Shown here: one piece after another, positions 50,891-63,657 of the stretch
How the letters are laid out: each line of letters begins with the position of its first letter
How positions within the stretch are numbered: the first letter of the stretch is position 1
Assembly (NCBI GenBank): GCA_017654855.1
Contig: CM030336.1
Span: forward strand, 3,720,001-3,784,000
Length of the DNA: 64,000 nt
Reading direction: 5' to 3'
Source of the DNA: Podospora anserina
Taxonomy: Eukaryota
Notes under the pieces: generated by a model
The model's database searches: none
What the model was told of the DNA's origin: nothing
Seen by the model: the letters and a program-made list of their open reading frames with translations, nothing else
Translations under genes and position numbers: made by a program

Positions 50891-50953
50891 AAATGGTGCT
50901 GATAAATTGTGCAAACATAAATAAAAAAGTAGCGATCGTGTCGCCGGGAATCG

Positions 50954-51040
50954 AGCCCGACGTGGGGGTCGAACCCACAACCTTGAGATTTCGGAGTACT
51001 CCTTAAGAGTCTCACGCTCTACCGATTGAGCTAGCCGGGC
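50954..51040 (-). tRNA. tRNA-Lys(CTT) with a 14-nt intron (51003-50990)
   Basis: GCCCGGC acceptor stem, D arm GCTC-AATCGGTA-GAGC, anticodon stem TGAGA/TCTCA with CTT at 51007-51005, T arm GTGGG-TTCGACC-CCCAC; T6 terminator about 26 nt downstream. Confidence 0.95.
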
Positions 51041-51998
51041 AGGCCAACCAAGTGTTTGATGTCTGACTGAGTCAGATCTTGACATGGTATAGCGAGCGCC
51101 AGAAATAGCTGCCATTCAACAAATATTTTGTTTGCAGGTGCTGATTAGCCCAAATGCAATGAAATAGTGGTGTGCCTGGCTAATCGAGCAGGAACGGTTG
51201 GGGAAGGAAAGTGAGGCGAACAAAAAAGACCAGTCAGAGAAGGCCCGATAAGGCATCATATAATTGCATTGAGGGGCATCATCACACCCGTTGACTGGGC
51301 AAGTTAAAGAGGTAGGTCTTTGTTACTCTGACGCTTAAAAGACGACATCAGGACGGGATAGGAAACTTGGGGTGCTGTAGATGGGCTGATGAAGCAAATG
51401 TTCTAGACCCTGCAGAAATCAGGTGTTCGTCTGTTTGTTGCTGCGCCCCCCGGTCCTTCCCCCCGCCGAAAGGCGCCGGGTTCCGGGTGGGTGGTGGTCA
51501 TAGCTTTATGGGACCGCCGGTGGAATTTAGGGGAGAGCTTGGGATGTTTATCTTGACTTCATCTCAGTGAATTCAGTGATTGGGAGAGGTTGAGGATATG
51601 TGAGGGGGTGATTTGGGATGATTGAAGACTTGATGAGATTGTTCTTCGGAGCCATCCGCCGGGACTGACTGTTTTTCAGCGATAGGAGCTTCGCGGTAGC
51701 AGCACCCTTATTCGCCTTACAACCATCAGACCACCTTTTGTTTCCTGCCCCGGCGGGATGCTCACCTCGCCACCAGCAGCACCACCACTGCGTATACACG
51801 AAAAAGAAGATGGCCAGCGTTTGTCTCCCGATACGGAGCGTGCAGAGCCCCTGCCATAGCATTGGCAAGCCTGGATGGTCCAGATCGTGATCGTCACTCG
51901 CTTCAGAATGTAGGTCAATGTATAAAACAGACCGGCTCTGTATCTCGTTGCTGCTATATCCTTCCTTCTTCAGCTTTCCTAGAAGCTTCAAATCCTAG

Positions 51999-51999
<1 letters not shown>

Positions 52000-52065
<66 letters not shown>
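52000..52065 (+). repeat. (TAC)22 microsatellite 30 nt upstream of the phosphoketolase ATG
   Basis: 66 nt, counted from the sequence. Confidence 0.95.
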
Positions 52066-52094
52066 AATTTACAACATCAATTTGGTTTGCAATC

Positions 52095-54611
52095 ATGGGC
52101 GAACAACAAAGAACAAGCTCAGAACAACCACCACCACCGCCACAACCCAAGTCCATCAGCCCCTATGGCCCCGCCAGGTCAACCGTCCAGGGCGCTCCCC
52201 TCACAAAAGAGGAGGTTGAGCAATGCAATGACTTCTTCAAGGCGTCACTGTACCTTTCCCTGGGGATGATCTACCTCCGCTCCAACCCGCTCCTCACCAC
52301 CCCCCTCGACAAGTCACACTTCAAGGCCCGCTTGCTGGGCCACTTTGGCTCCGCCCCAGGCCAGATCTTCACCTACATGCACTTCAACCGTCTCATCAAG
52401 AAGTACGACCTTGACGCGATCTTCATTTCCGGCCCAGGCCACGGTGCGCCTGCTGTTTTGTCACAGGCGTACCTCGAGGGGACGTACAGCGAGGTTTATC
52501 CTGAATGTTCAGAAGACGAGGAGGGCCTCCGCAAGTTCTTCAAGCAGTTCTCTTTTCCCGGCGGGATTGGATCGCATGCCACGCCAGAGACACCGGGTAG
52601 TCTGCACGAGGGTGGTGAACTGGGGTACAGCATCAGCCATGCGTTCGGCGCCGTGTTTGACAACCCTGATTTGATTGCTGTGACGATGGTGGGGGATGGC
52701 GAGGCGGAGACCGGGCCGTTGGCGACGAGTTGGCACTCGACCAAGTTCCTCAACCCGATTACCGACGGTGCTGTGCTGCCGATTCTGCACCTGAACGGGT
52801 ACAAGATCAACAACCCCACCATTCTCGCTCGGATCAGCCACGATGAGCTGGAGAGCTTGTTCAGGGGGTATGGCTACCAGCCTTACTTTGTCGAGGGCGA
52901 CGATGTGGAAAGCATGCACCAAGCCATGGCCGCCACGCTCGAGCACTGCGTGCTCGAGATCAGAAAGTTTCAGCAACAGGCGAGGACGACAGGGAAGGCG
53001 TTCAGGCCGATGTGGCCGGTGGTGATTCTGAGAAGTCCAAAGGGTTGGACTGGGCCGAGGAAGATCAATGGCGGGCTGGACTACCTTGAGGGATACTGGC
53101 GCTCGCACCAGGTCCCTTTGACGGATGTGCACAAGAACCCGGAGCAGTTCGCCCTGCTGGAGAGCTGGATGAGGAGCTACGAGCCTGAACGGCTGTTTAT
53201 CGCCAACGGGGGCAGGATTTCTTCCTCGCTTCGACAGGCGCTCTGTCCCACTGGCAACAGGCGCATGTCGGCCAATCCGGTCGCGAACGGGGGGATGCTT
53301 CAGAAACCGTTGAGGATGCCTGATTTTAGGGATTATGCTTTGGGGGTCGACCACCCGGCCGAGACGCTTTCCGCCTCCATGTCGAACATGGCGCGGTTCT
53401 TGAGGGATATCATCTCGCTCAACCCGAACAACTTTCGGCTCTTTGGCCCTGACGAGACGGAATCCAACAAGCTCGGCACCGTCTATGAAGTGGCCCAAAA
53501 AGTCTGGATGGGGGAGTATTTCCCCGAAGACCTCAACGGGGGCAATCTCGCGACAGAAGGGAGGGTGATGGAGATGTTGTCCGAGCACACGTGTGAGGGT
53601 TGGCTAGAGGGTTACCTCTTGTCCGGGAGACACGGCCTGCTGAATTCCTACGAGCCGTTCATCCACGTCATTGACAGCATGGTCAACCAGCACTGCAAAT
53701 GGCTCGAGAAGTCGCTCGAAGTGTCGTGGAGACACCCCATCCCGTCCCTCAACATTCTCCTCACCGCTGTTGTCTGGCGGCAGGACCACAACGGGTTCAC
53801 GCATCAGGACCCGGGGTTCTTGGACGTGGTGGCGAACAAGAGCCCGGAGGTGGTGAGGATTTACTTGCCGCCTGATGGGAACTGTTTGCTGTCGGTGACG
53901 GATCACTGTCTCCGGTCGAGGAACTACGTTAATGTTATTGTAGCCGACAAGCAGCCGCATCTGCAGTTTTTGTCCATGGCTGATGCGATTGTTCATTGCA
54001 CCAAGGGGATCGGGATCTGGCCTGGTTTCTCGTCCTGCCCGGCTGGCTCGGCACCGGATGTCGTCATGGCTTCCTGCGGCGACATCTCGACTCAGGAATC
54101 CCTCGCCGCCATCTCGCTCCTCCTTGACCATTTCCCCGCCCTCAAGATCCGCTGCGTCAACGTCGTCGACCTCTTCAAACTGATCAGCCATGAGGAACAC
54201 CCCCACGGTTTGACCAACGCCGAGTACGAGGCGATTTTCACGGGGGACAAACCGGTGGTGTTCAACTTTCATAGCTATCCTTGGTTGGTCTACCGGCTGA
54301 TTCACGGACGGAAGAATGCAGGGGGGGTGGTGGTGAGGGGTTACAGGGAGAAGGGGAACATCGACACGCCGTTGGAGTTGGCGATCAGGAATGGGACCGA
54401 TAGGTTTTCTTTGGCGATGGAGGCTATTGATCGGTTGAGCGAGGCTGGGGGGGTGTTGGAGGGGAAGGGAGGCGAGGCGAGGGAGTTGTTGAGGAACGAG
54501 CAGGTGAGGTGTCAGATGAGGGCTTTTGAGGAGGGGGTTGATCCCGTGGAGGTGACGGGGTGGGTGTGGCCTAGCGAGAGGCGAGGGCTCTGGAGTGAGC
54601 GGAAGCATTGA
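52095..54611 (+). CDS. xfp: D-xylulose-5-P/D-fructose-6-P phosphoketolase (TPP-dependent); 838 aa, intronless
   Basis: LLGHFGSAPG, GPGHG, HEGGELGYS, GDGEAETGPLA, LHLNGYKINNP, FGPDETESN, LSEHTCEGWLEGY and WRQDHNGFTHQDPG motifs. Confidence 0.97.
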   Translation: MGEQQRTSSEQPPPPPQPKSISPYGPARSTVQGAPLTKEEVEQCNDFFKASLYLSLGMIYLRSNPLLTTPLDKSHFKARLLGHFGSAPGQIFTYMHFNRLIKKYDLDAIFISGPGHGAPAVLSQAYLEGTYSEVYPECSEDEEGLRKFFKQFSFPGGIGSHATPETPGSLHEGGELGYSISHAFGAVFDNPDLIAVTMVGDGEAETGPLATSWHSTKFLNPITDGAVLPILHLNGYKINNPTILARISHDELESLFRGYGYQPYFVEGDDVESMHQAMAATLEHCVLEIRKFQQQARTTGKAFRPMWPVVILRSPKGWTGPRKINGGLDYLEGYWRSHQVPLTDVHKNPEQFALLESWMRSYEPERLFIANGGRISSSLRQALCPTGNRRMSANPVANGGMLQKPLRMPDFRDYALGVDHPAETLSASMSNMARFLRDIISLNPNNFRLFGPDETESNKLGTVYEVAQKVWMGEYFPEDLNGGNLATEGRVMEMLSEHTCEGWLEGYLLSGRHGLLNSYEPFIHVIDSMVNQHCKWLEKSLEVSWRHPIPSLNILLTAVVWRQDHNGFTHQDPGFLDVVANKSPEVVRIYLPPDGNCLLSVTDHCLRSRNYVNVIVADKQPHLQFLSMADAIVHCTKGIGIWPGFSSCPAGSAPDVVMASCGDISTQESLAAISLLLDHFPALKIRCVNVVDLFKLISHEEHPHGLTNAEYEAIFTGDKPVVFNFHSYPWLVYRLIHGRKNAGGVVVRGYREKGNIDTPLELAIRNGTDRFSLAMEAIDRLSEAGGVLEGKGGEARELLRNEQVRCQMRAFEEGVDPVEVTGWVWPSERRGLWSERKH

Positions 54612-57088
54612 TGATGGTAATGATGATGGTGATGATGATGATGATTTTTTGATAGGAATTTGCGAGAGATCGGATAGGGTTTTGGAGTTTTTTTTCCCTC
54701 TTTTTTTTTTTTCTTCCGGGTTATTGTTTTGGTTACCTTTTATAGAGAATGTTATAATTCTTACTTTTATCCTGGTTATCGTGATCTACCGCGCGATGAA
54801 AACCTAACGAGATATGAACATGTAGTGATAACCAAGCACGTTCTATTGTCTATGTACGGATGGCTAAACTGCCACCATCAACCACTGCCGGCAACAATAA
54901 GGTATCAACCTGCTCCCCTCTCCAGCATCATCAAATCGGGCTTCATCAACCACAAACAGTAAGACAAACCCCAAATCTCCCAATGTCTCACCCCTTATCG
55001 CCGTCCACACCTCCCCCTGTTCGTACGAGAGTACCTTATAACTCGGGCTTCACCTCATAATTCACCGTCTTCTTTCACCGAAGGGTTGGTATATAACCTA
55101 TTCGGGCCATCGGCCGACAATTCTTTGTTGCAATTGCTCACAACAACGTCAGGTGACACCTCGTCACACACCAATTCTTTCTTCGGCATTCTCCGAATTG
55201 TTTGTTTCTTATCACATCGTTCCATGCTTGTGACGCTGACGGTGGTATGGACAGTAGGCTGTGGTGACTACCTAGGTACGTTACGGACGGTGAGGAGTGA
55301 TGGATGGATTGGGCCCGTTTTTCCCCCAGATAATAATCATGTACGAGAGAGATTTTGACGGGTTTGTGGTTGGGGTAGTTAGTACAACACAGGGTACCTA
55401 TGTATTGTGTTTGTGTGTGTACCCCTAAAATTTACAACAGGGGCATTGGGGGGGGGGGGCGGTCAGAGGTTCCCGAAGGTAGGTATCATGAAAAGAAAAG
55501 ATAGAAGAAAAAGAGTGTGGTTGCACCACCGCCGACAGTCATATCCTTAATTTTCTTAGCCAAGTGCCCCGGATATTCATCTTTGGATGTGAGTTTTTGT
55601 CTTTGTGTCACTGGTATCAAATCCAGACCGAGGGACAGAAACGGGGGTGTGTGTGTCTGTGTTTGTTTTGACAGCTGCTGTGTACAAGTCAGTCCGACGA
55701 GAGATCTAGATCAAATGTTGTAGATTTATCCTTCTCTCGGGTCCCGGCCGAAGGAGGGTGGTGGTTTGTGGAAGGGTATGCCGGACGGCCGTAACATGGA
55801 GGAGGGGAGAGAGAGAGAGAGGGAAAAGAGATCGGGATATTTATTGATTGGGGATTCCACATGTGGAGGTGTGGCGTTGAGATTGTTGGTGTTGCTTCCC
55901 TGATCCTTGGTAGGCAGGAGTTCCAGGCTGTTGGGACGGGCGGGTATGTTTAGCTGAGAGGTTTAGATTTAGATACATGTTTCATGTTTGGCAACTCTGT
56001 CTGCATTTATTGGCAATGCACATCATCAATAAAAAGCCCGAGCGGGTGTCTGAGCGAGGGGCAAGAGATGAGAAGGGAGACAGGGCAAGTTCGGTCGCGG
56101 ATCGTTTCCGCAGATAGATTGAAGACCACCCCGCTATGAAGGTGACGAGAAAAAAATGGCCATCACCGCCTTTTGTAAGGCAACGTGGAGGAGGGGCACC
56201 ACGAGAGAGGGGCACGGTTGTGTTGAACAGGGCAGGGCCAAGAACACCATGGCCGGTCACCAGCCAATCGTGTGGTCCCGGGCCCTGGTGCCTCTCGGCA
56301 TTGCGACAACAAGATTCGCTGACCCCCCTGGGGCCCGAAACACCACCACCACCACCTACAAGTCATTCCCATGGTTGGCCTCCTCTGGCCGCGAAGATCA
56401 TGTTCCCTCTTTGTCCGTTATCCATCCATGTCTTCCTTCCACTAGTCTTGGGCGGGGATGAGGGGTGTTGAAGAGATATCGATATCATAGCTCATAGCTA
56501 CACTACAGAGAAATGCGGCCTTTTCCCTGCGGTTCCAAGGGGCCCCGGTTTGATGCTACCATGCTTGCGCAACCATCATCCGAACCCTTTTCCTCTTCTA
56601 CATATCTGATATATCACAGCCTGGAGAAGTGGAGGAGGAGGGCCCGGGACAGCAGCCAAAACCGTTGGAGGAGCAAGGCGCGCACGGACACGATAAACCC
56701 ATATCTGCTCAGTTATAATTTCCAAAAGAGAGCAGTTGCATTCCCACTCCCACTGCCCCCTTTTCCATCACTTGATCCTCTGTCCAGGTTTTTTATTTTG
56801 TTTTTCACATTTTACTTTTTATTTTCTCCTCAATTCTTGCGCACCGCACTCGGCGGCCGGCATTTCACTGGTCCAGCTGCCCGCCCCGTGATCCCCAACC
56901 TGGAAGTGCCCGCACCCCTCCCCCAGTTGCCCCCGTCCTATCAACAGGGGAGTTCGGTCGACGCTGTGGAATCAGCAAGGCCCCCCCTCCAAACACCAAC
57001 CGGAGGTTTAGTTTTGCACAGGGGACTCCACTGGTGCCCCCCCGACGCGTTTCCGCATTCAACCCCCAAGTTTCCTCTCTCTCCATCT

Positions 57089-57160
57089 CCAGTTCCAGTT
57101 CCAGTTCCAGTGCCAGTGCCAGTGCCAGTGCCAGTTCCAGTTCCAGTTCCAGTTCCAGTT
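57089..57160 (+). repeat. (CCAGTT/CCAGTG)12 hexamer repeat upstream of the RasGAP gene
   Basis: 72 nt, counted from the sequence; a (CA)n run follows at about 57261-57290. Confidence 0.92.
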
Positions 57161-57259
57161 CCATCTCCTCGTTCGCTTCGCCTCGTCTCGCCGCCAACAT
57201 CCATCCATCATCGGCCATCCATTCATCCATCCATCATTGCATCCAACTGCCAGCGGCAC

Positions 57260-57292
<33 letters not shown>

Positions 57293-57839
57293 GAACTCTC
57301 GCGCACACAAAGCCACCCAAAAACAGGCACCGGGCTACCACCCATCCATCCAATCCCCCTTTCATTGAACAAAGTTAGTCAGGGTCTTTCAACAGCAACT
57401 CCTCCGTAGCGCGCATCTCTTTTTCGCTGCCACCCGCCCCACCGCCCCCGACCGACCCCCCGTTTTCCAGGTCTCTTTCCCTCCCTCTCTGACCACGAGC
57501 GACGGATTGAAACTGGCGATTGGAAAAACACACACATCCGGCCCCCCTTTGGTCTTTCTGTATACAACTCTCACCGTCTCCCTACTCCGTATATTCGTTT
57601 CAAACACATACGGACCGCCACACTGTCCCTGTTATCATCTCCAGTGCACGGTCACTTCGCCGACTGCCGAAATCCCAAAACACAGCGACAGCCCAGCACC
57701 CGCCCGCAGCGCTATCCTCGTCGGCCTTTTTCTCAGCGCGCGCGGGTTCCATTCCCTACTGCTACATCATCACCTTCCACCACTCGAATAATCAACTCGG
57801 CGCTCCTCTTCAATTGTCCTCGGCGCGGTTGCGCCAACA

Positions 57840-60341
57840 ATGTCTGTCATGTTACAGACACCTTCCAGAGCTTCCACCGCCTCCTCCTCCTCCTTCCAGC
57901 CCATATCCCGCCAGAACACAATGTCCTCCTACGATGGCTCGCGGTCCGCCCGCCAGTCCAAGCGGTACTCCATGTCCGCCCTGTACATGTCTATGTCGGC
58001 AAACGAGTCGGACCTCGTGATTGAAGATGACCTTGCCAAAGGTTTGTGGTTCGTTGATTGAAGATTGAGCGGGGTGCTGACCTTTTCCAATAGCGCAAAA
58101 GACATTGCGAGACCTGAAAGCCAAGATCTCGTCGCAGTCAAAGAAGAACTTTGTGCTCGAAAAAGATGTTCGGTACCTCGACTCGCGCATCGCCCTGCTG
58201 ATTCAGAATCGCATGGCCTTGGAGGAGGTATGCTCGCTCTGCTTCGAGGCAACATTGGCTGCAATCACTGACAAAAATCAACCACAGCAAAACGAAGTCG
58301 CTAGCCACCTCGAAGATGCCGCCGAAATGCAGGAGGGAGTCTTCCCCAACGACGACAAGACCCAGAGATACGGCAACCTGCTGTTCCTCCTGCAGTCCGA
58401 ACCCAGACACATTGCGCACCTCTGTCGACTCGTCTCCATGTCCGAGATCGACTCTCTGCTGCAGACAGTCATGTTCACCATCTACGGAAACCAGTACGAA
58501 AGTCGCGAAGAGCACCTGCTGCTAACCATGTTTCAGGTATGTCTTGGCCCGAAAGAGCAAGCCGAACCATGCTAATAGCCAGAAAGTCTGTCCTCACGTA
58601 TCAGTTCGACAACACGCCTGAGTACTCGTCGCTCTTGCGCGCCAACACCCCTGTTTCACGAATGATGACGACTTACACCAGAAGAGGTCCCGGCCAGAGC
58701 TTTCTCAAGGCAGTGCTTGCTGACAGGATCAATGGCCTGATTGAGTTGAAGGACTTGGATTTGGAAATTAACCCGCTCAAGGTTTACGAACGCATGATTG
58801 AACAGATTGAAGAAGACACGGGCAGTCTTCCGGCTTCGCTTCCAAAGGGCATCACGGCCGAACAGGCCGCCGAGAACCCCCAGGTTCAAGCCATCATCGA
58901 GCCGCGCCTGACCATGCTGACCGAGATCGCCAACGGATTCTTGACCACCATCATCGACGGCCTCGAGGAAGCGCCCTACGGAATCCGCTGGATCTGCAAG
59001 CAGATTCGCAGTTTGACCAAGAGAAAATACCCAGACGCCAACGACCAGGTCATTTGCACCTTGATTGGTGGCTTCTTCTTTTTGCGCTTCATCAACCCCG
59101 CCATCGTCACGCCCAAGTCGTACATGCTGATCGACGGCACCCCGGCCGACCGCCCCAGGAGGACGCTCACCTACATTGCCAAGATGCTGCAAAACCTGGC
59201 CAACAAGCCATCGTACGCAAAGGAACCCTACATGGCCAAGTTGCAGCCGTTTGTCCTGCAAAACAAGGACCGGATCAACAAGTTTATGCTGGACCTGTGC
59301 GAAGTGCAAGACTTCTACGAGAGCCTCGAGATGGATAATTATGTCGCCTTGTCCAAGAAAGACCTGGAGCTGTCGATTACCCTGAACGAGATCTACGCCA
59401 TGCACTCGCTGATTGACAAGCACAAGGGGGAGATTTGCAAGGACGCGAACTCTCACTTGTCCATTATCGTGAATGAGCTGGGCCCCGCGCCGCCGCAGGT
59501 GCCGAGGAAGGAGAACAGGGTGATCAACCTGCCGCTGTTCAGCAGGTGGGAGACGGCGATTGATGACCTGACGGCCGCGTTGGACATCACTCAAGAGGAG
59601 GTGTTTTTCATGGAGGCCAAGTCGATCTTTGTGCAGATTTTGAGGACGATTCCGGCCGGATCCTCGGTGGCTAAGAGGCCGTTGAGGCTGGAGAGGATTG
59701 CGGATGCGGCAGCAACGAGCAAGAACGATGCGGTCATGGTGCGTAAGGGCATCAGGGCGATGGAGCTGTTGAGTCAGCTGCAGGAGCTGAAGGTGGTGGA
59801 CAAGAGCGACGGGTTCATGCTGTTGCGCGATGAGGTCGAACAGGAGCTGCAGCATCTGGGGAGCCTGAAGGAGGGTGTTGATCTCGAAACCAAGAAGCTG
59901 GAGGAGGTGTACAAGACGATTAGGGATCACAACTCGTACCTCGTCGGCCAGCTCGAAACATACAAGAACTACCTGCACAACGTCAGGAGTCAGAGCGAAG
60001 GCACGCGACGAAAACAGCAGAAGCAGCAGGTTCTCGGACCCTACAAGTTCACACACCAACAGCTCGAAAAGGAGGGTGTCATCCAGAAGAGCAACGTTCC
60101 GGACAATAGGAGGGCGAACATCTACTTTAACTTTACGAGCCCGCTGCCAGGAACCTTTGTCATCTCGCTTCACTACAAGGGGCGGAATAGAGGTCTGCTG
60201 GAGCTTGATTTGAAGCTGGATGACTTGCTGGAGATGCAAAAGGATAACCAGGACGATTTGGATCTTGAGTATGTCCAGTTTAATGTGCCAAAGGTGCTGG
60301 CCTTGTTGAACAAGAGGTTTGCGAGGAAGAAGGGGTGGTAG
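57840..60341 (+). CDS. gapA: Ras GTPase-activating protein (S. pombe Gap1/Sar1, A. nidulans GapA type, with RasGAP_C); exons 57840-58041, 58094-58227, 58288-58536, 58587-60341
   Basis: LLRANT arginine-finger region, [27 protein letters not shown]-terminal [29 protein letters not shown]; three canonical introns. Confidence 0.93.
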
Positions 60342-60746
60342 TTGGGTAAGGGGGGGGGAAGGGGAAAGGCGTTTTTGTTTTTTGAGGTTGACCGTTGATA
60401 CCACTGTCGCTCTGTTTTCTTTTCTTTTTTTTTTCGTTGCGTTTTGGTTTTGGTTTTTTGGTGACGATTGCTTCAGCTGCACATTTGGTCTTTTTTTTTG
60501 CTTTTCCACTCGCGCGCGGTTCTTAGCCTGCGCCCACGGCGATGTTTTTTTTTTACCCTGTCTTCTGCTTTTAACGATGTGATACCTTAGCCATGGGACC
60601 TACTTGCGTATTATACAGTCTTTGTGGTCAGCTGGCTGATATCTAATCTAATTTATGGAGGAGTGGTTCAGATTGGGGGTTGTTGGGGGTGGTGATGGTG
60701 GTGGGTAATGAGGATGATACACACTTGAGGGCTGAATGATATAAAT

Positions 60747-60748
<2 letters not shown>

Positions 60749-60807
<59 letters not shown>

Positions 60808-60872
60808 CACAAAACACACAACACACAACACACAACACACAACACACAACACACAACACACAACACACAACA
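60749..60872. repeat. Compound (CA)n then (CACAA)n microsatellite between convergent 3' ends
   Basis: Seen directly in the sequence. Confidence 0.92.
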
Positions 60873-61314
60873 CCAACGATTGAATTGATTGCACGGAATC
60901 ATATCGGGGCTGGGGAAGAGGGGGGGAATGCATACGCGAGGATTGGGGACGGAGGCGGGGAAGGGGGGAAGGGATGAAGGATGATGATACCTTTTTTTTT
61001 GTTTTGGTTTATTTTGTTACTTGCTCTGGGAGGGGGGGTTGGAGTTGCCGTGTGAGATGGAGGCGTGGGAGAAGCTGCAACTTAGGTTTGGTACGATAGT
61101 TTTTTCTTGTTTTGTGTTTACTCTTGTAAGGGAGGAGGAGGTGATAAAGTTGTGGTTGGCTGGTCCGGAAGTTGAAGTTGGATTGTTGTACACGGCAAAA
61201 ATGGAATGATTGAAGTTGGGGGTTGGACAGGTTCGAATTATGTGTTGTTATTAGGCCATATTTTTGTTTATTCTTTTGTTTGTGCTTTTTGATGTTTTAT
61301 GAAAGGGATTCGCT

Positions 61315-61346
<32 letters not shown>

Positions 61347-61631
61347 GAGTTGATGAATACTTTTGGTTTGCGTGTGCGGTTGGCTGTGTGATGATTTTGG
61401 GGAGAGGTGAGTGTGTGATGGGTGAAGGGGATGGTGGTGATGGAGGTGAGATACCCCAGCAATTTTTGAATGGATAGCCTTTGACGGCAGAGAGTTCAAT
61501 ATGAGGATGTGTTTTCCTGTTGATGAATACCTTTCTTCCTTGCCCAGATATCCAAGTACGTCTTTGCGATTATATACACAGCCATAAATCCCCCTCCTAC
61601 GTGCATTCCCTCCTACCCTTTTCTTATACCC

Positions 61632-63657
61632 CTAAACCCCCATCTCCCTTCCCCGTCCTTTCCCCTCCTCCACTTCTGTCTTTTCCCCCTCCCCCTCCTC
61701 CCCTTCAACATCCCTCCCACCCCTCGCCGCCCTCCTCGCCGCCCTCTTCCGCCTCCTCTCGGCCGTTTTCTCCTCTCTATCCCTCTCCTCCCTCATCAGC
61801 CTGATCACCCTCGACTTCCCCCTAATCCTCTCCCCCCACTTATAAAACAAGAACGGAATCGGCACCAGCATCACCTCCAACCCCCCCAGAAACGTCCCCG
61901 CCCACTGCGGACTCATGGCTTTGTACATCGCCGGCCCCGCCAGCGGCAGCGCAGCCCCAAACACTGATCTCATCACCGCGTTCCCTGCCAGCGCGGAAGC
62001 GGCGTATATCCCGTACGCTCCCGCGAGGTAGTTGCTCCCGTAAATGAACGAAAGCGTGTTGCCCATGCCGAAGGGAACGGAGCCGAACAGGAGGGAGATG
62101 GAAGGGTGGATTGAGGCTGGGAGACTGGTCCAGCTGAAGACGAGCTGGCCGATGGGGGTGAGGACGGCACCGACGCACATGATCAACGCTGTGGCTTCTG
62201 GTGCCGGGCGGGACGGGTTGAGGGGGTCGCGTTTAGGGGAGGAGTTTATCATTTTCCGCCACAAAGGTTCCAGGAAGATGGAGATGAGGGTGCCGAGGCC
62301 GATGCCGAGGAAGGAGAGGCCGGTGAGGGAGGGTGACCAGCCGCGGTGCTGGGTGAAGATGATGGGGTAGGCGATGAAGCAGAGGTAGAGGATGCCGTAG
62401 ATCACGGATATCCTAGGGGGCATTGTTAGCCGGGGATGTTCCAGAGACAACAGGAAGGGGGACGGCAGGCACCAGATATTAAAACACCACAAAATCGGCT
62501 CCGTCACCGCGAGCACAAACGGCCGGGACAGATTCAGCTTCAGCAACCCCCATGTTGAAACAGACCGCTGGTCGTATTTACACCACCAGTTCTCATCCCC
62601 CGTCTCCTTCCTCCTCCGCGCGGCTTTCTGCTTTATCAGCGTGGGCAGGTAGGATTCTCGGACGAAAAAGGTGAGGACAAAAGCGATGCCGGAGAGGATG
62701 ATGGCCAACCAGTTTCCCCACCGCCAGCCGAGGTAGTCGTTGACGAAGCCGCCGATCAGGGGGCCGGTGACCGGACCGTTGAGGGGGGCGATGGACCATA
62801 GTGACATGCAGAGGGCGAGGTACTTGTCTGAGGAGATGTCGACTACTGTTCCGGGAGAGTTGGAGATCATGGCTGAGCCGAAGAGGGCGCTGGGGGATTT
62901 AGCATGCTGACACAAGGAGAGGGGGGAAAGGGGCATACCCGAAGAAACGGACTATTACCATCTCTGACAACGAGTCGGCTAATCCGCAGGGGATGATGAG
63001 AACAATAAACGCGGCGAGGCAGACGAGGTAGACTGGTCTGCGGCCGTAGAGCTCCGACATGGGGGCTACGATCACCGAGCCAGCTGCTAGGCCTAGGAGG
63101 TAGGTTGTCAGGCCCAGGGTGGCGATGGGTTTGGAGGTGATGTCGAATTCGTCCATTATTTTTGGGAGGGTGGCTGTGTAGGAGGTTGAGTAGAGCACTA
63201 CAACCCAGGTGGAGTAGGAGACCGTGAGGATGGTGTAGGTCCTGTACCAAAAGGGCCAGTTCATGGGGTGCTCGGGGTCGTCCGTGGAGATGGTGACTTC
63301 GTAGTCTGGGGGGCGGGAGGCGGCAGAGGTGATGGAGGTGCGGCCGGTGCGGGTGTGGGTGAGGTGGTTGTTGTTGTTGTTGTTGTCGGCATCTTGTTGG
63401 TAGATGGCGTCGGTTTGGGGGATGGATGTGGTTCGGCCGAGGGCGTGTTCGAGGGGGGATAGGGGGTCGCCGTTGGAGGAACCTGAAGAGGTGGTGGTGA
63501 GTTGAGAGTGACGGGAGGAGGGCCGCGAGGGGTGAGAGCGGGACTCCTTTTCTGGGTGGAATGGGGGGCTGTCCAATGTCGTGTTGTTGGATGAGCCGCC
63601 GGTAAGTGTGTGGGATGTCCCGCGGGCAGCGCTCTGGTCGAGCGAGTCGGCTGTCAT
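61632..63657 (-). CDS. MFS multidrug transporter, DHA1 family; exons 63657-62939, 62889-62473, 62412-61632
   Basis: DDPEHPMNW, APMSELYGRRPVY, RFFG|ALFGS, GPVTGPLIGG, WRWGNW, ESYLP, RPF..TEP, YAASALA..RS motifs. Confidence 0.93.

Noticed and set aside
51862-52269. ORF with poly-Tyr
   Set aside because: Translation of the (TAC)22 microsatellite; overlaps the xfp start out of frame
56513-57409. 298-aa ORF with (PV)n and (HT)n
   Set aside because: Kept open by microsatellites in the RasGAP upstream region; not protein-like
58656-60509. 617-aa minus-strand ORF, and similar long antisense ORFs over EXO1, RRP14, NOP9 and xfp
   Set aside because: Antisense shadows of codon-biased real genes; no independent protein features
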